Source of the DNA: the human T2T-CHM13v2.0 reference genome, Homo sapiens
Reading direction: 5' to 3' (one strand)
Assembly: GCF_009914755.1 (NCBI RefSeq)
Contig: NC_060947.1
Length of the DNA: 64,000 nucleotides
In this document: positions 13,458-44,099 of the stretch, in pieces
Position numbering within the stretch: the stretch's first letter is position 1
Layout of the letters: every line of letters begins with the position of its first letter
Notes under the pieces: model-generated
Told to the model about the DNA's origin: nothing
Seen by the model: the letters and a program-made list of their open reading frames with translations, nothing else
The model's database searches: none
Position numbers and translations under genes: made by a program

Positions 13458-15182
13458 GGCACAATCTTAGCACCATAAATAACTACAAGTGTTTAAGTCC
13501 TAGATGGTCATTATCTATAAAAGGAGACCATGTGTTGTCCTTTGAGAAGAGTAAGAGTTACAACTCCACTTCTGATCCTTACTAGATGCCTCTGCAAAAT
13601 TGATTTTCCATCAGCGAGTCTGAATTGGTCATCTGTAAACTGGAAATAATGAAGCCTTCCTCGCAGACTTGTTGTGAGAGAATGATGCAAAATATGTAAT
13701 TGCACATTTTTGGCTATAAATATTTGTGCTATCTTAGAGTAAGTGCCCCTTTGTACCTTTTTCCCCTTTGAAAATAGTGTTTCTGAGATTTCTCTAATAA
13801 GGTGACTTTGGGGCTGTTTTGACATGACTAACCATGCTGCCATAACCATCTTGCACAGGTTTCCTGGGACACATGTGCCTGAGACTCTCTGCAGTTTGTC
13901 ACCAAGTATACAGCAGCTAATGAGGTCCTCACTTACTTATCTCATAAATGTTGCCAAAGGTCTCTACAAACAGGTTATACCAATTTGTCCTCTCACAGCA
14001 GTGTATGAAGTTCTCATGGCCCCACATTTTCCAGTTAAATAAGATGCAGCATAAACACATATAGTCATCAAAATTGGTTTTCAAACTGTAGAATTATTTC
14101 AAGACATATTCTGTGGCATAAATATGAACTATGCCATTTATACGGAAATATAATAGGAGAAAAATGAAAAGTAACCTAACATTCCAACAATATGATATCA
14201 GATTAGCAAATATTAAAATACTCTAAAAGTAGAGCAGCTACTTGAATCGTATCATTGGAGAAAATGTTTAGCAAGTGAAATTTCATTCCATCAGCAGCTA
14301 CATGCTTTGTAGCAGCCCTTGGTGCCCATCTTATAGATAAATTCTTTTAAAGCAATGAATTCACCTGCTTGAGGAAATAACCTGACATTTAACATAAAAT
14401 TGCAATAAATTCACATATAATTTTCTGTCTGTATAAATAATAATAAGTGACTCTATGTATCTCTCCGATGAGTGTTGAAATACGCAGTTGGTAGGAAGGT
14501 CTTCCTAACAATTTGAGATTATAATATGCATTCTTTCATGGTTACCACATTTGTATCCAGCCTATAATGACATTTTTTAAGAAGCCAGAAATTTATAAAG
14601 TGTTAGTAAAAAATATCAGGCGCAAGAATTCAGTATTTTCAAAACTAATAATTGCCCTCTAGTTTACCCTATGATAATGTTACTCAGCCACGTTCCCTAA
14701 AATAACCATATATCGTTAAACATCATTATGATTATTTTCCAAGAAATGATACTTTTAGTTACATCCTTCAAATGACATGTGTATCAACTTTCTCTAAATA
14801 TTTAGATACACTTCATTGCAAATAATTATCTCGATTTCGGTCAAATGTAATGTGAACTAATTTGGTAAGCCATAGTGTGGACCTGTTAATATGATTAGAG
14901 CATATTTATGGGACTCTTTCTAATGATTAAGTTAATCGCATTCTTTAATGCATAAAAATACAAATACACTTCAAATGTGCACATTTAAAGTATATGTTTT
15001 AGTAAGTTGTGACATATATATATATACACACACACTGTGAAACTAATACTGTAGTCAAAATAATGAACATGTCACCCTCAAAGCTTCCTTGTGTGCTTTA
15101 GTATAATAATCTCCCCACTCACTTGTCTCCAGCCTCCGACTCCCTCCCCTCAACTCCTGCTCATTCCTAGGTAACCAATTAA

Positions 15183-15575
<393 letters not shown>

Positions 15576-15702
15576 TGATAAAGTAACCATTAAAATCCTT
15601 TTCATATTTGTTTTGGAGAATGTCTATTTTGTTCTATGAAGTTTTGTGAGATATTCTTTCAAGTCCTTTATCAGATATATGATTTAAAAATATTTTTCTC
15701 CA

Positions 15703-16131
<429 letters not shown>

Positions 16132-16912
16132 TTAATTTAAGTAGATCTAAATTATCAATTTGTTCATGTATGGACTGTAGTTTTGTTGTGACATCTAGGA
16201 AATCTTCGCCTAATCAATGATAGCAAGAATTTTCTCCTAGTTTTCTTCTTTTGTGTTTTTTCCAATGTTTCTGTAGCTCTACGTTTTACATTTAGGTCTA
16301 TGATCCATTTTGCATTGACTTTTGCATATGGCATGATATATAGATCACAATTTATATTTGTGCATATGAATATCCTCTTATCCCAGCACCATTTGTTGAA
16401 AAGAAGATCCTTTCCTCACTAAATTGCCTTTGTGCCTGTGTCAAAAATCACTTTTCCATATTGGCAGGATCTATTTTGAGACTCTTTATTCTGTTCCATT
16501 GATCTAATTGTCTACCTCGATGCCAACAGCACACTGTTTTAATTACTGTAAGTTTGGAGTGAGTCTTGAAATCAGGTGGTGTTTGTTCTCCAATTTTGTT
16601 CTTTTTCAAGGTTTTTTTTTTCTAGTGTAGATCTTTTGCACCTCCACATGAATTTTAGAATCAGCTCCTCCATTTCTTTTGAAAAAAACACACACTAGGA
16701 TTTTCACTGGATTCATAGAACAGTTTGGGGATTTTTCCTCTTACCAATTTTCATCTTAACAATATTAAGCCTTCTGACTCAAAAAGAGACAAAAATGTTC
16801 CAGAGACAATTTTATAGGTGATGTAGAAAAAACTCAATTACTAGAAGAAAATGGTTATGGTACTTTCAATTTGATGTGGGTGGTTAGAATTGAATTTGTT
16901 GAATTTTGGAGT

Positions 16913-17467
16913 TTTTCTTCTTCATCCTCTGCAAATCCACCTTGATGAATTTGTGGAATCTTGAGTTGTGAGAGAGATAACAGAGCATATATGTATGTGG
17001 GTATATATGTATATATGTGTATATCACTAAAGCTGCTGGGAGTGTGTATTTTGAGGAACACTTGAGGTTAATTACTGTGCAATGTATCAGTACTGTTCAG
17101 TTCCTAGTACATATCAGGAATAAAATAAAGTGTTGTTTGTTTTTTTCCTAGCAGGGTTACCATGGTGACGTGGTTACTGTTGTGGGATTTGGTGCAGACT
17201 AAGCATGCATTTATAATTCTTACCTGAATCACTTATTACTATGAGACTTTACAAGTGCTATTTTTCTAATTCTGTTAGTCCTTCTAGATTTATTAAGTGG
17301 CATTCAACTGTAAAGTAGACAGGTCTCTTTGATCCTATTGTTTATTTATGTATTTATTCAAGCATTTATTTATATCAGTATGACTCATAGATTCCAATTT
17401 TGCCCAAAGGCAAACTCAAGATTCCACAAATTCATCAAGGTGGATTTGCAGAGAATGAGGAAGAAAA
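16913..17467. repeat. 55-bp inverted repeat with 445-bp spacer
   Basis: Arms at 16913-16967 and 17413-17467; 53/55 match, with 41 consecutive perfect bases. Confidence 0.95.
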
Positions 17468-19094
17468 GCTTTATTACCATATAGTACTTTAATTATTTCG
17501 ATGCTCAAATTGTCCCAGAATTGGCTAGTGGAAGCCCCTTCAAGTTGGCCTCAGTGTCCATTTGACAGCTTCCTTGAATTCCTTGAGCATGTCCTTTGCT
17601 CTCTGAATCTGACTATATCCCCATCTGTAGAAAAAAGTAATGATGCTTACCTCAGAGCAGCACCTTGAAGGCTTGAAGAGAAAAGGCCCTCAGCAAATGT
17701 TAGTTCCCCATTCCAACTTGTCTCCTTCGTTCCATCAATGTGATGCCTCTGGCATTAACATAATAGCCTGACTACCAGGGACAATATTTGGATATGTAAC
17801 AGCAAGCACAGATAAACCCACATTTCCACTATGTGTTAGCTTCAGTGTCACTGCTCTGTGTGGCAGGGGGTTGTAGAATGGAGCTAGGGAAGAGGAAAAG
17901 TGTCATTACACAGCTTTTAGTTAACTGAGTGGGGACAGGCCAGACATCATCATCCCATCCCCTGCTTTTCATGTGCTTTCTCATCCTCTTACTTTCCTCT
18001 CTATTCCACATGCTTTATTATCTTCTTAATCTCCCTTCTAATGAAACATCAGAGAAGGGTGTGGACTGTGCATCCTAGAACAAGGGGCTGATAGAGAAGA
18101 ACCAAGTGTGGTATGGAGCCTGCTAGACAGCTTACTGGAACAAGAGTGAAAAGATCAGGGTCCCATCATTGGGACACTTTAGGTGAGTCACTACCCTTCT
18201 ACCAGCCTCATGTGTATAACAGAATAACAGTACACAGTCTTCCTGATAACCAGTAATATACTCTGGAGTTTAAGTGTGATCCCACGTGGGAAAGCAATCT
18301 GTGATCTTAGGTGGGAGGGAAGGACTGGTGCAATTCTGAGTAATTACATGAACAGAGAAACCCTACAGATAATGTTTGGGGGAGAATGTACAGAGAATGT
18401 TTGGAGGTAGGGCAGGTGGGACCTGCAGTGCCTGTTCATGGTATGTGGGGATAAGGCACAGTCAAGAATGACCCCTCAGTCGTTTGTATAGCTACATAGA
18501 GAAATGTTGGTGCAGCTTTCTGAGATCAGTGGTTACACGTTCTTTTGAGATATTCTCAAGTTAATTAGTTAGGACATCCAAAAGTGGTTATAGTAAAGGT
18601 TAGTAATTTAAAAAATACATCAATTAATAATTAAGATTTAGTTGTGAGACTAGTAAGATTTATTGAAGACATGCAAACTATCAAACTTTTAAAACTATAA
18701 AAATCTCAATATGCAAGTTTACATTTAATGAAGTTACTGTGTGCCTACCACTGTTCTAAGCGTTTTCGTGTATTAACTCAAGTAATTCTCAAAGCAACAA
18801 CCCATGAGGTGGGAACGATTGCTTTCCCCACTTGACAGAGAGGAAACTGAGGCACAGAGTTTTTTCATTGCCTCAGGGTCACAGAGCCAGGTATCCCAAT
18901 GTGTCGACAGCAGAATGTTTTAAATGATTGGATTTCTGACCACTTATCTTTGTAAAAACTAAAACACAAGACAATATTTTAAAAACTTTTTTTCTAAGAA
19001 CTATATAAACCTGGTTTTACGGGTGAGATATTTGAGTGACTTTAAGGTCAAGTAAAACTATTCAAAGGCATGCAGTTTTTATGTGGCAGACTAG

Positions 19095-19434
<340 letters not shown>

Positions 19435-20084
19435 AAGAATGCATACTCTTAACTAGTACACTTAGGAGGAAGAAAAAGCCATGTGTTGAACCATGTCAGT
19501 CCACAGTAGTTGATGGTAGACAGGGCCCTATCTCTTTTGATGAAAATTACCCCTTGGTAGCCATTGTACTATGTAAGAGAGGGTATTTATTTAAGAAAAA
19601 CAAAAAGGTAATACAAAAACATAAAAAGTAACAACCATAACAGATACTATACACTAGACCACTTGGCTATTAAGATAATTCCTTGGACTTCCACAGTAAA
19701 TTCTATTTTTTTTTTTTTTAGTAACTTAGGCAGCTTTCTAGATGGAAATAACATTCTTCTGTGCTTTGGGTTTCATTGTTTGGGAGGCAGTGCAGATCTG
19801 ACCCCCACTGATGGATGAGGCAGATGATTTACCCAAGGCCACCTAGAGTTAGTGTCTTGCACTTAGTGCCTGTCCTCATACACAACATTAGCCTAGTTCC
19901 TGCCGGTAGCAAATTGCGTTTCAAGGGCTGAGTGGATACACGGTTCTCTGAGGTTAACCTGCAGGTAATATAAAAAGACACTAAATACCTTCAAATAAAA
20001 GAAAATGGGGTGTTGATTTTCCTCTTCTTCCCCAAACTTTATTGGGAGATTTGAAGAAAAAATTGTTTTTGGTATCATACAGCT

Positions 20085-22685
<2,601 letters not shown>

Positions 22686-23364
22686 AATAAAAAATAAATA
22701 ATAAATGCAAACCCCAATAACAGCAATAATAATAAAAGATGTCAATAATTATAGCACATATAGTTGATAATTTTTTTTCTCATTTCATGTAACCAGCAGG
22801 TAATGTTTCTCAGCATAAAATCTCAGTACCTCTTATCTGACCACTGTTTTTGTATTGAGTGCCCTCCTGTGTTAAGCCAGAGGCCAGCACTGGGGAAGAG
22901 ACTCACCCAAGGTCCTGTGGCTAATTGATAGGTCTGGCAACTGGGACACATATTTAATGACTCTCATATTTTATCTAGCTGATCCATTACTATTCTTTGC
23001 TCCTCTATATGATTTCTTCATGCTGTTGCTCTGTAAGAAATTGCTTAACTCCTATAACACTAGAAGGAAAATAAGGAGACAGGGAAACACATGAAAAGAA
23101 GGAAATGCTGACATGGAACCAAGTTCACTTCTTGCTGCCACATTTCCAGATGCTGCTACAAATATTCTATTTTAGGTGACAGGGCAGGCAGGGTGGGCCA
23201 GGAATAAGATACCAAAGTCCTACTATATTCCAGACATTCTTTGAGGTTTTCTCCTTTGCTTCTTACAAGACTGTGAAAAAGACACCCTTAGTACAATTTC
23301 ACAGACGACCAACTTCAGACTCACAGAAGGTATGTACATTTTTCAGGGTCAAACACCTGTCCCT

Positions 23365-24105
23365 CACCACAATGAAATATCACCTCACACCCATCAGGAT
23401 GGCTACTGTAAAAAATAACAAGTGTTGGTGAGAATGCGGAGAAACTAGAACACCTATGCACTGCTGTTGTGAATGTAATCTAGTGCAGCTGCTGTGGAAA
23501 ACAATATGGGAAGTTCCCCCCTAAAACGTAAAGTTAGAATTACTATATGATCCAGCAACTCAATTTCTGGGACTATAAACAAAAAATTGAAAGCTGGGTC
23601 TTGAAGAGATATTTGTACACCCATGTTCATAGCAGCATTATTCACAATCACCAAAAGGTAGAAACAACTCAAGTGTCCATCAGCAGATGAGTGGATAAAC
23701 AAAATGTGCTGTAAACATAGGATACAGTATTATTCAGCCTTTTTGAAAAGAATGGAAATTATGATACATACTACAACATGGATGAAACTTGAGGACATGC
23801 TAACTGAAATAAGCCAATTGCAAAAAAGACAAATATTGTATTATTCAATTTACATGAGGTTCTTAGGGTAGTCAAATTTGTAAAGACAGAAAGTAGAATG
23901 GTAGTTGTCAGGGGCTGGCGATGGGGAAAATGGGAAATTAGTTTTTAATGGGTATAGAGCTTCAGTTTTGCAAGAAGAAAGAACTCTGGAAATGGATGAT
24001 GGTATAGTTTTACAGTAGTGTAAATGTACTTAAAACAAAGTGTAAACTTAAAAGGATTAGAGTGGTAAATTGTGTTGTGTATATTTTGCCAAAAATTTTA
24101 AAAAT
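23365..24105 (+). mobile_element. L1MB-like 3' end
   Basis: cacaatgaaatatcacctcacaccc...gacagaaagtagaatggtagttg. Confidence 0.8.
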
Positions 24106-24859
24106 CTGTGCTTTGTTCTCTGTGCACACTAACCAGCAGCCTCCCATTTAAGTTATGACTTTCCAGAGCTTAAGGACTGATAGTGGGAAACTACCCCAGT
24201 ATGGAAATTGTGTTATGCCTGCATTGGTAGTCACCCCTTCGTTTGTTGATGAAGATGATGGTGGAGATGAAATTCTATCCTCTGGGCCAAGAGGCCTGGG
24301 TGTGAGCATCACATGGACTGGCTGGTTCCTGAGATGTTGAACTGGACCCAGGAAGCACCACAAGCTGGGGCTCTTTGGAAAGGGAAAGTGAACAGTAGAC
24401 TATCAATAGGTACACAACTACTATTTGGAGGGTATTTTAAATTTCATCTCATTTTAATTCTAACAGCTCTATTCAGGCCGAAATTAAATTATTCCCATTA
24501 CTTGGATCAGGGAAGATAAATTAAAAGTTAGGTAACTTGCCCTAGGGAAACAAACTTTATCAATTACTGCTCCAGGACTCAAAACTTGAGATTATTTGAA
24601 AAAATAAGATGTCCTCCTCTGTCTTGTGAGTTAATATTCAATATACCTCAAGGCATTGTTACTCAGTTATTTAAAACAATGTGCTGAATTAGTTCTAAAA
24701 TACTAAAAATCACTATAAAGTATCAGATGCCATCTGCACAACAAACTAAATGGTATATGAAAAGCTGGGAGAAATTAATTAAGATTATTCTGAAATTATT
24801 TCAGACATATCTGTATCTGTATATCTTCAATGCATACACTATTCTTTAAAAATAGATAG

Positions 24860-26041
<1,182 letters not shown>

Positions 26042-27256
26042 TTAATAGAAAATATTTTGGTATCATGATGGGCAGAAGGTGGGGACAGACTAGAGAGACA
26101 AAATATTTCAGTTTATAAGTATACATTTCTATATTGTTTGATACATGTTAAACAACAAAAAGTTTTAGTTGGCACTGTGGCAAAATATTGAGATAAAGTT
26201 TTGTAAAGCTGATCCAAAAAATAATGGTGTAGAAATAAATTTGCTGAGGATACACTGACTTAGAAATATGTTCATACACTGTTGCATAAACATAGCACAT
26301 TAAAATATTTCTTTGATAATAATTCAGTGTGTGCACATAGTGGGATATAGAGAGTACTTTTATTTTATAAGTGTGCATTTCTATAGTGTTTTAAATATGC
26401 AAACTATTGAAGATAATGTTGCAAGCCTAATATAACTGTGAAATGATTACAAATGTAATGCTCATATATTTATTGCTTTGGAAGCAGATTGAAGCAATTT
26501 ACTTGACAGTTTCTCTCTCTCTCTTCTCTCTCTCTCTCTGTGTGTGTGGTGTGTATGTGCATGTGTGTATGTGTGTTTCTTTGTCTCAAACTGACTCTGA
26601 AGACCAAGTGGAATCTTTCTTCATTTTCTGCAAGTTTTTTCCCCAATGAAAAGGCATAATTTTAATAAACAGAAACAAAATGTTTCCTCAAAGCAGATTA
26701 CAAAACAATAAGTACAGTATGACCTCAACTCTCCTTGAAAAATTCATGTGTATTTAAAAGCTGAAAAAAAAATGTGTATCTTTCTATCCTGCTTATTCCT
26801 GCATTTCATTGATTTATTAATGTGTAGGATGGCCAGGCATGGTTAGTCAAATTCCACATCTGCATCCCATACTTTCCTTCTCTTGATTTCCTGGGAATAT
26901 CCATGGGGAGCAAGATGGATATTAGTCACCACCCTGTGATCTATGACCTCAACCGGATTCCATTCCAAGTAAGTTTAGTCTAAGCTTGACTCTGAGTCCT
27001 GGAAATCCAGCATCAAAAAAGGAAATGATGCAATTAAGTGGAGAAAAGTCACTTTCTTGGGAAACTGAGGTACCTTGTAACCCACACTTTCATCCTCTTG
27101 CATGGGGCTAATGGGCTACTTCTCCTACCAGCACAGAACAGACAGAGAATAAAGGATGAGGCAACTGTTATGGCTTCAGTCTTTGTTCTCTTTATGGGCG
27201 TGATCTAGAGATTTTACTTTCTCTTTTGATTTTTTGTTAGGCCAGAGTGGTAGATT

Positions 27257-27356
27257 TTCTTTCTTTTCCTTTTCCTTTTCTTTTCTTTTCTTTCCCTTCC
27301 TTCCTTCCTTCCTTCCTTCCTTCCTTCCTTCCTTCCTTTTCTCTCTCTCTCTCTCT

Positions 27357-27357
<1 letters not shown>
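27257..27357. repeat. (TTTC/TTCC/TC)n polypyrimidine tract (Alu tail derived)
   Basis: Directly visible. Confidence 0.9.
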
Positions 27358-28872
<1,515 letters not shown>

Positions 28873-29977
28873 AGAGTGCTAGATTTCTAAACTGGTTTTG
28901 TATCTTCCTTATTCCTAGAAGGGTGGTCCCTCCCATTTAGTTTTCTGAGGGCCCCATCTGAGGTAAAGTGGAGTTTCTGCTTCACGTAACATCTTCTCTA
29001 CCAGTTAGATGGGCTCAAACCCAGATCCACAAGAGACAGAAAAGAGTAGAGGTAGTGTTCTCAAAGATAAGTATAGGGCTAGAAATTTCATACGAACATC
29101 TAATTTGCTTGATTTCATGACTTACTTTTCAAAAGTTTTTCACATGAAGGCCACTTTCCCTCAGGGTTCCTTTCACATCTGGCACACCAATATCATATGA
29201 CCCATAGTTCTCTCCTCTCTCGACCACAAAAGTAAACTCACAACAAACGTCTCTGTACCATAGTAGTGGAGGAAACTTTTCTAAATATGACTTAATATCC
29301 AGAAGCAATAAGGGAAAAGAATGATACATTTGATTTTATATAAAAATGCATGGCAAAAACAAGACCCATAAGAAAAGGAAAATAAAAAATTACCAATTGG
29401 GAAAAATACAACTTACATCACAGAAAAGAGTTATACGTCTAGTATATAGAAAGCTATTGAAAAAGCAAAAGCAATAAACAACATCTTGAGAGGAAAAAGG
29501 GCAATAGATGCAAACAAGTATTTCACTGGAAATGTTCCTTAAACATAGGTTAATGAGGAGATGGAGATAAAAAGAGGTTAGTGAATGTATACAAAAATAC
29601 AGTTTGATAAAAGGAGTAAGATCTTATGTTTGATAGCACAGTAGTGTGACTACAGTTAACAAAACTTATTGTACATTTCAACATAACTAGAAGAACAGAT
29701 TTGGAATGTTCTCAACTCAACAAAATGATAAATATTTGAGGTGGTGAATATCCCAGCTACCCAGATTTGATCATTACACATCGTATGCTTGTATCAAAAT
29801 ATTACATTTACCCCAAAATATGTACAACTAATATATATCCATACAAATTAAAGACTCCAAAAATACACAAAAATGCTCAATTGCTCAACCTAGTTCTTGA
29901 TAAGAGATGCAAAGAAAATAAGATGAAATGCTTCTTCTCATCAATTACATAGCATTCACAAGCACTGCTGGTGGTAA

Positions 29978-30462
29978 TGAGGTAGGAGGTAGGACTTGAC
30001 TCGGAGGCAGGGCTGGAACACCAGGCCAAATTGGGGACCTGTTAAAATGGGGAAGAGGCAGAAGCACCTCTCCAGAAGACATGCCCACTAGTGTACCATG
30101 TCAGTTTACCATTGCCATGGCAACACCCAGAAGTTACTATCCCTTTCCATGGCAACGACCCAAAGGCCCAGAAGTTACCACCCTTTTTCTAGAAATTTAT
30201 ACATGACATGCCCCTTAATTTGCATGTAACTAAAGGTGGGTATAAATAGGACTGCAAAACTGCCTCTGAGCTGCTACTGTTGACACACTGCCTATGAGGT
30301 AATGAGGTAGCCCTGCTCTGCTGGGGCAATCATGGAGCTGTAACACTGCCACCTCAAATAAACTGTTTTCTTTTACCACCGGCTTGCTCTTGAATTCTTT
30401 CCTGGTTGAAGCCAAGAATCTCCCGGGCAAGGTCCCAATTGGGACTCACCTTCCCTGCATCA
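29978..30462 (+). mobile_element. ERV1 solo LTR (MER66/MER41-like)
   Basis: TG...CA ends, TSD g(t/c)aa, TATAAATA at 30241, AATAAA at ~30357. Confidence 0.75.
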
Positions 30463-30799
30463 GCAATATGAAATGATATAACCCCTAACCAGGAGATTTG
30501 ATACTATCTAGTTAAATTATATAGGTATTTGCTCTTGGAACCAGCAATCTCTCTTCTAAGAATCTGTCCCAAAGAAACAATACAGTAAAATAAAATAAAA
30601 TACAAAACATAAAAGCATAAACAGAAAGCCATTCCTGCAGAACAATTCATAATAGCAGAAGAGTAGAAACAAAATGTCCATGAATAAGAGTTGTGGCTAG
30701 TTAAAAATCTTACAGTACATCAATATCTTAGAGTACTATGCAGCTGTAAAAAGCAATGAAGACTTCTTCTCTGTACTGCTATGCAATAGATTCTAGGAG

Positions 30800-31126
<327 letters not shown>

Positions 31127-31169
31127 AGGATATATTGTTAAATTAATAAAGTGAGGTGCAGAAAAATAC

Positions 31170-31350
31170 GTAGCACTGCTGCTGTGCAATAATACGTTAG
31201 CTACTAGCCACAAGGAGATATCTTAATTTAATTAAAATTAAATTAGAGATTCAGTTACTCCATGACAATAGATGCATTGTATGCACTCAATCTTTAATTC
31301 CTCAATAAAACACTCAGGTAACTAGTGCCTACTGTTTTGGACAGTGCAGA
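31170..31350. mobile_element. hAT DNA transposon relic (MER3/MER33-like)
   Basis: Imperfect terminal motifs ctgtgcaata...ttggacagtgcag and internal gctactagccac. Confidence 0.5.
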
Positions 31351-31391
31351 CACAGATTACTAGCTCTGAAGAAATGTATATTGCACAGTGA

Positions 31392-31935
<544 letters not shown>

Positions 31936-32382
31936 ACTTGCTGATATTTTTTAAAACTGGAAGGCTAAAACAAACAAACACAAAAAGATAAAAATGATTA
32001 CCTATAAGGGGACAGAGGAGCAGCCCAAGATGGAAGATGATAATGTGTATTCTCCTAAAAATATAATACATATTTACTGCCTCCATGCACTGAAAAGGAC
32101 AAGAAACAATGACCAACTCAGTAGTAATGAGCAACTCTAGTACTCAGATTATTAACTCTCGCAACATTTCCCCTTAAAAAAAAATCTGACTCCCTTGCAG
32201 AAATGGCTGATTCCAGGACTGGGCAAGGATTGCGCTGAATGAGTGTAGACTAAACTATAATACCAGAGAGCACATCAAAAAGACTAGGGAAGAGATAACC
32301 CACAGATTGGGAGAAAATACTTGCAAACCACACATCTGTAAGGGAGTAATACCCAAAATACATGAGGAACTCAAACAACTTA

Positions 32383-32571
<189 letters not shown>

Positions 32572-32899
32572 TCACCAATATATATTTCCTGGCTATTTCC
32601 ACCGCCCCCCCCGCCCCCCCCCCCACCCCGCCAAAGAAACCCCGTAACTGTTAGTAGTCTCTCCCTACAGCCTCTGGCAAACACTAATCTGCTTTCTCTG
32701 TGGATGGGTTTGGACTTTTCCTACCAATCAAATAATACAATATGTGGCCTTTTGTGGCAACATTTTTCACTGACCCTAATGTTTTCAAGGTTCATCCTTG
32801 TTGTAGCATGTAGAATTACTCCATTCTTTCTTTGTGGCTGAATAATATTCCATTCATGGTTATATCACATTTGGTTTACCCATTCACCAGTTGATGATA

Positions 32900-38581
<5,682 letters not shown>

Positions 38582-38585
38582 CTGA

Positions 38586-38813
<228 letters not shown>

Positions 38814-39389
38814 TAAAATGGTGAATTTTTAATATGGAATTATATCTAAATAAAAGTGCTAAAACCCCAAAATGATATCAGATGTTGAATTGTAGGTAAC
38901 ATCTTATAATTTCTACTGGAATTTTAAGGCATAATATCTAGAAATGATTTACATTGTAGCATAATTCAAGACTGATAACTCTCTAATCAGTACTTAAGAA
39001 TTTATACTTTGAACCTTATGAAAAAATAAAGAAAAACAAGAATTTGTACGATATTTTCACTGTTTCAGGTAAGAGTGAGCCTGGAAGGAGTTGGGGAAGA
39101 ACACACCAGCTTCAGCCTAAATTATTTTTCTCTATTTAATTTGCATATGTTTTTAGCAGGCATTTTAGTAGTCTCCAGTCCAGAAGACATATCATATTCC
39201 TCACCTGTGGGGAGCAAGAGTTGGGCAATTCTGAGTCAACATGGCATGCTCAGTTCCCACTGGGTAAATCCGGTAGAGACGGACACGGATATACACACAC
39301 TCACACACACTCAGCAGAAAGGACTACTGTCCTAAAACTTCTGTTTGACATCAGGGCCCAAACAACATTAAGGCGGTACTCATCTAGTG

Positions 39390-41276
<1,887 letters not shown>

Positions 41277-41319
41277 GTACCTGTAAGTATAAAATAAAGA
41301 AAGAGGTTTTATGCACACC

Positions 41320-41400
41320 TTTTTTTTTTTTTTTTTCAGAGAGACCTGCCTCGGCCTCCCAAAGTGCTGGGATTATAGGCGTGAGCCACCACACCTAACC
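41320..41400 (-). mobile_element. Internally deleted mini-Alu
   Basis: Poly-T joined almost directly to the Alu 5' ~55 nt. Confidence 0.75.
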
Positions 41401-41760
41401 TTTATCCACTTTGTTAGGGACAGAGTGGGTCTCTGGCTCAACAAAAAGCCCAGATAAATCAATGGGGCTTTGGCATATTAGGTCAGCAGAAGGGAAAAGG
41501 CCAGTAGAAGGGACAGCAGTATGCAGTAAACATGGAAGTACCTAGGGGAGAAGGAAGGAGACACAAAAGTTGGAGGCACCTGTAAGCCAACTGGACTTGT
41601 TTCTGAATACAGTTTAGATAACCTGTAGACACATCTATGCCTGACGGTATTCAGAAATAAAATCAGTAAAACTTTCAACACGACAGCAGAGCATTAAACC
41701 AGGAGTAGAACTCTTCTGACATCAGGGCCCTGTGCCACAGCACAAGTCATATACCTATGA

Positions 41761-42234
<474 letters not shown>

Positions 42235-43213
42235 TGACTGACGCTGAGCTACAAAAAGCCAGTGACTTACTGTCAACGTGGGATGACTTGTGTGTGCTTC
42301 AGAGTTTTCAGGTGCGATTAACTAAACTTAATCTCTAGTTAAACCCCATTCTTCATCACTGCCCTGCTCCCCAGCCCTGTCCTGCTGCCTTTACTTCCTT
42401 TAACCTGAGAGAGCATTACAAGAAACTACATTCATAAGGATCTCTGTTCCAAGTTCTGCTTCTAGGGAGCCCGACCTAAAATAGGAAGGGTCTCTTTATA
42501 GAAATATTTCAGCTAAAATCCCAAAAAGAGGAAAACAGAAAGAGTATTTGCTTTCCCTTGGACAAACTTGAATTGAAATTGAACCCAAATTCCAGGATGC
42601 TTTTCTAGAATTAGTTACCATCTTATAGGAACCACAGAGTAAAGAGATAATGTGTTAATGACACCACTGAGATCCAGACTGTAGGAAAATACAGAACAAA
42701 TGACTATTTCATCAATAATTAAAGAAAAAATTAAAAAATGAAAACCCACAGATTAAAAGAAATTTAGGAAATTTGGCAACCAATCAAAATGCGCATATCT
42801 TATTTGTATCTTGATTCAAACAAACTGTTAAAAAAAACTATAATACAATTGGGTATTTGAACACAGATTAGACATAAAATGATATTAAGGAATTGTGAAT
42901 TATTAAATGTGACAACAGTATTGTGGTTATATGCTAAAAAGAAGAAAACCCTTATCTTGTAGATACATACTTTGAAATATTTATGCCTAAAGTGATATTA
43001 TGTCTAGAATTTGCTTCAGAAATAATTTTAAGGTTGGGAAGCGGGTAAGATAAAGACGAAATAAGATTGGCCATGAGTTGTTAACTGTGGAATCTGAGTG
43101 AGGACTAGTACATGGGGTTTGCATTATACTATTCCATTTTTCCAAATGTTCGAAATTTTCCATTAAAGTTAAGATAAAGTTAAACTATAAAGACTGTTTC
43201 TTAAACAAAAAAG

Positions 43214-43662
<449 letters not shown>

Positions 43663-44099
43663 TTATTTAAATTTTTGACATCTTGCTCATCATAAATTTT
43701 CTTGCAATAATTGTTTTTTAAAATGTTGCATTAAAATGTTATTTTTCTTGACTGCTGAGGAATTTTGCACCCCTTTAAATTCTGCGCCCGCGTCCTGGTT
43801 GGGAGATGTGGGGAAAATCCTGGGAGCCCAGGACAGGGAGAGGCAAGTCCCCACAGAAGTGGGAATGGCCAACAGCTCCCTGAGAAGACAGCTTCCCTCT
43901 TGGGGAGGCAGAGGAAGTCCCAAGAATACACAAAGACAGGAGAGTGGAAGGGCCGGCCAGTCTGGAGATACTAAAAGAGACTCCGGATGAGGATAGGGGC
44001 TGACCCGAAAGCCCCGCCTGACTCCGGGCTGCAGGAGGGGGCGTGGGACGGGGGCGGAGCCGTTGGCGATGACAACAGCCCCACGTGACCGGCCAACAC

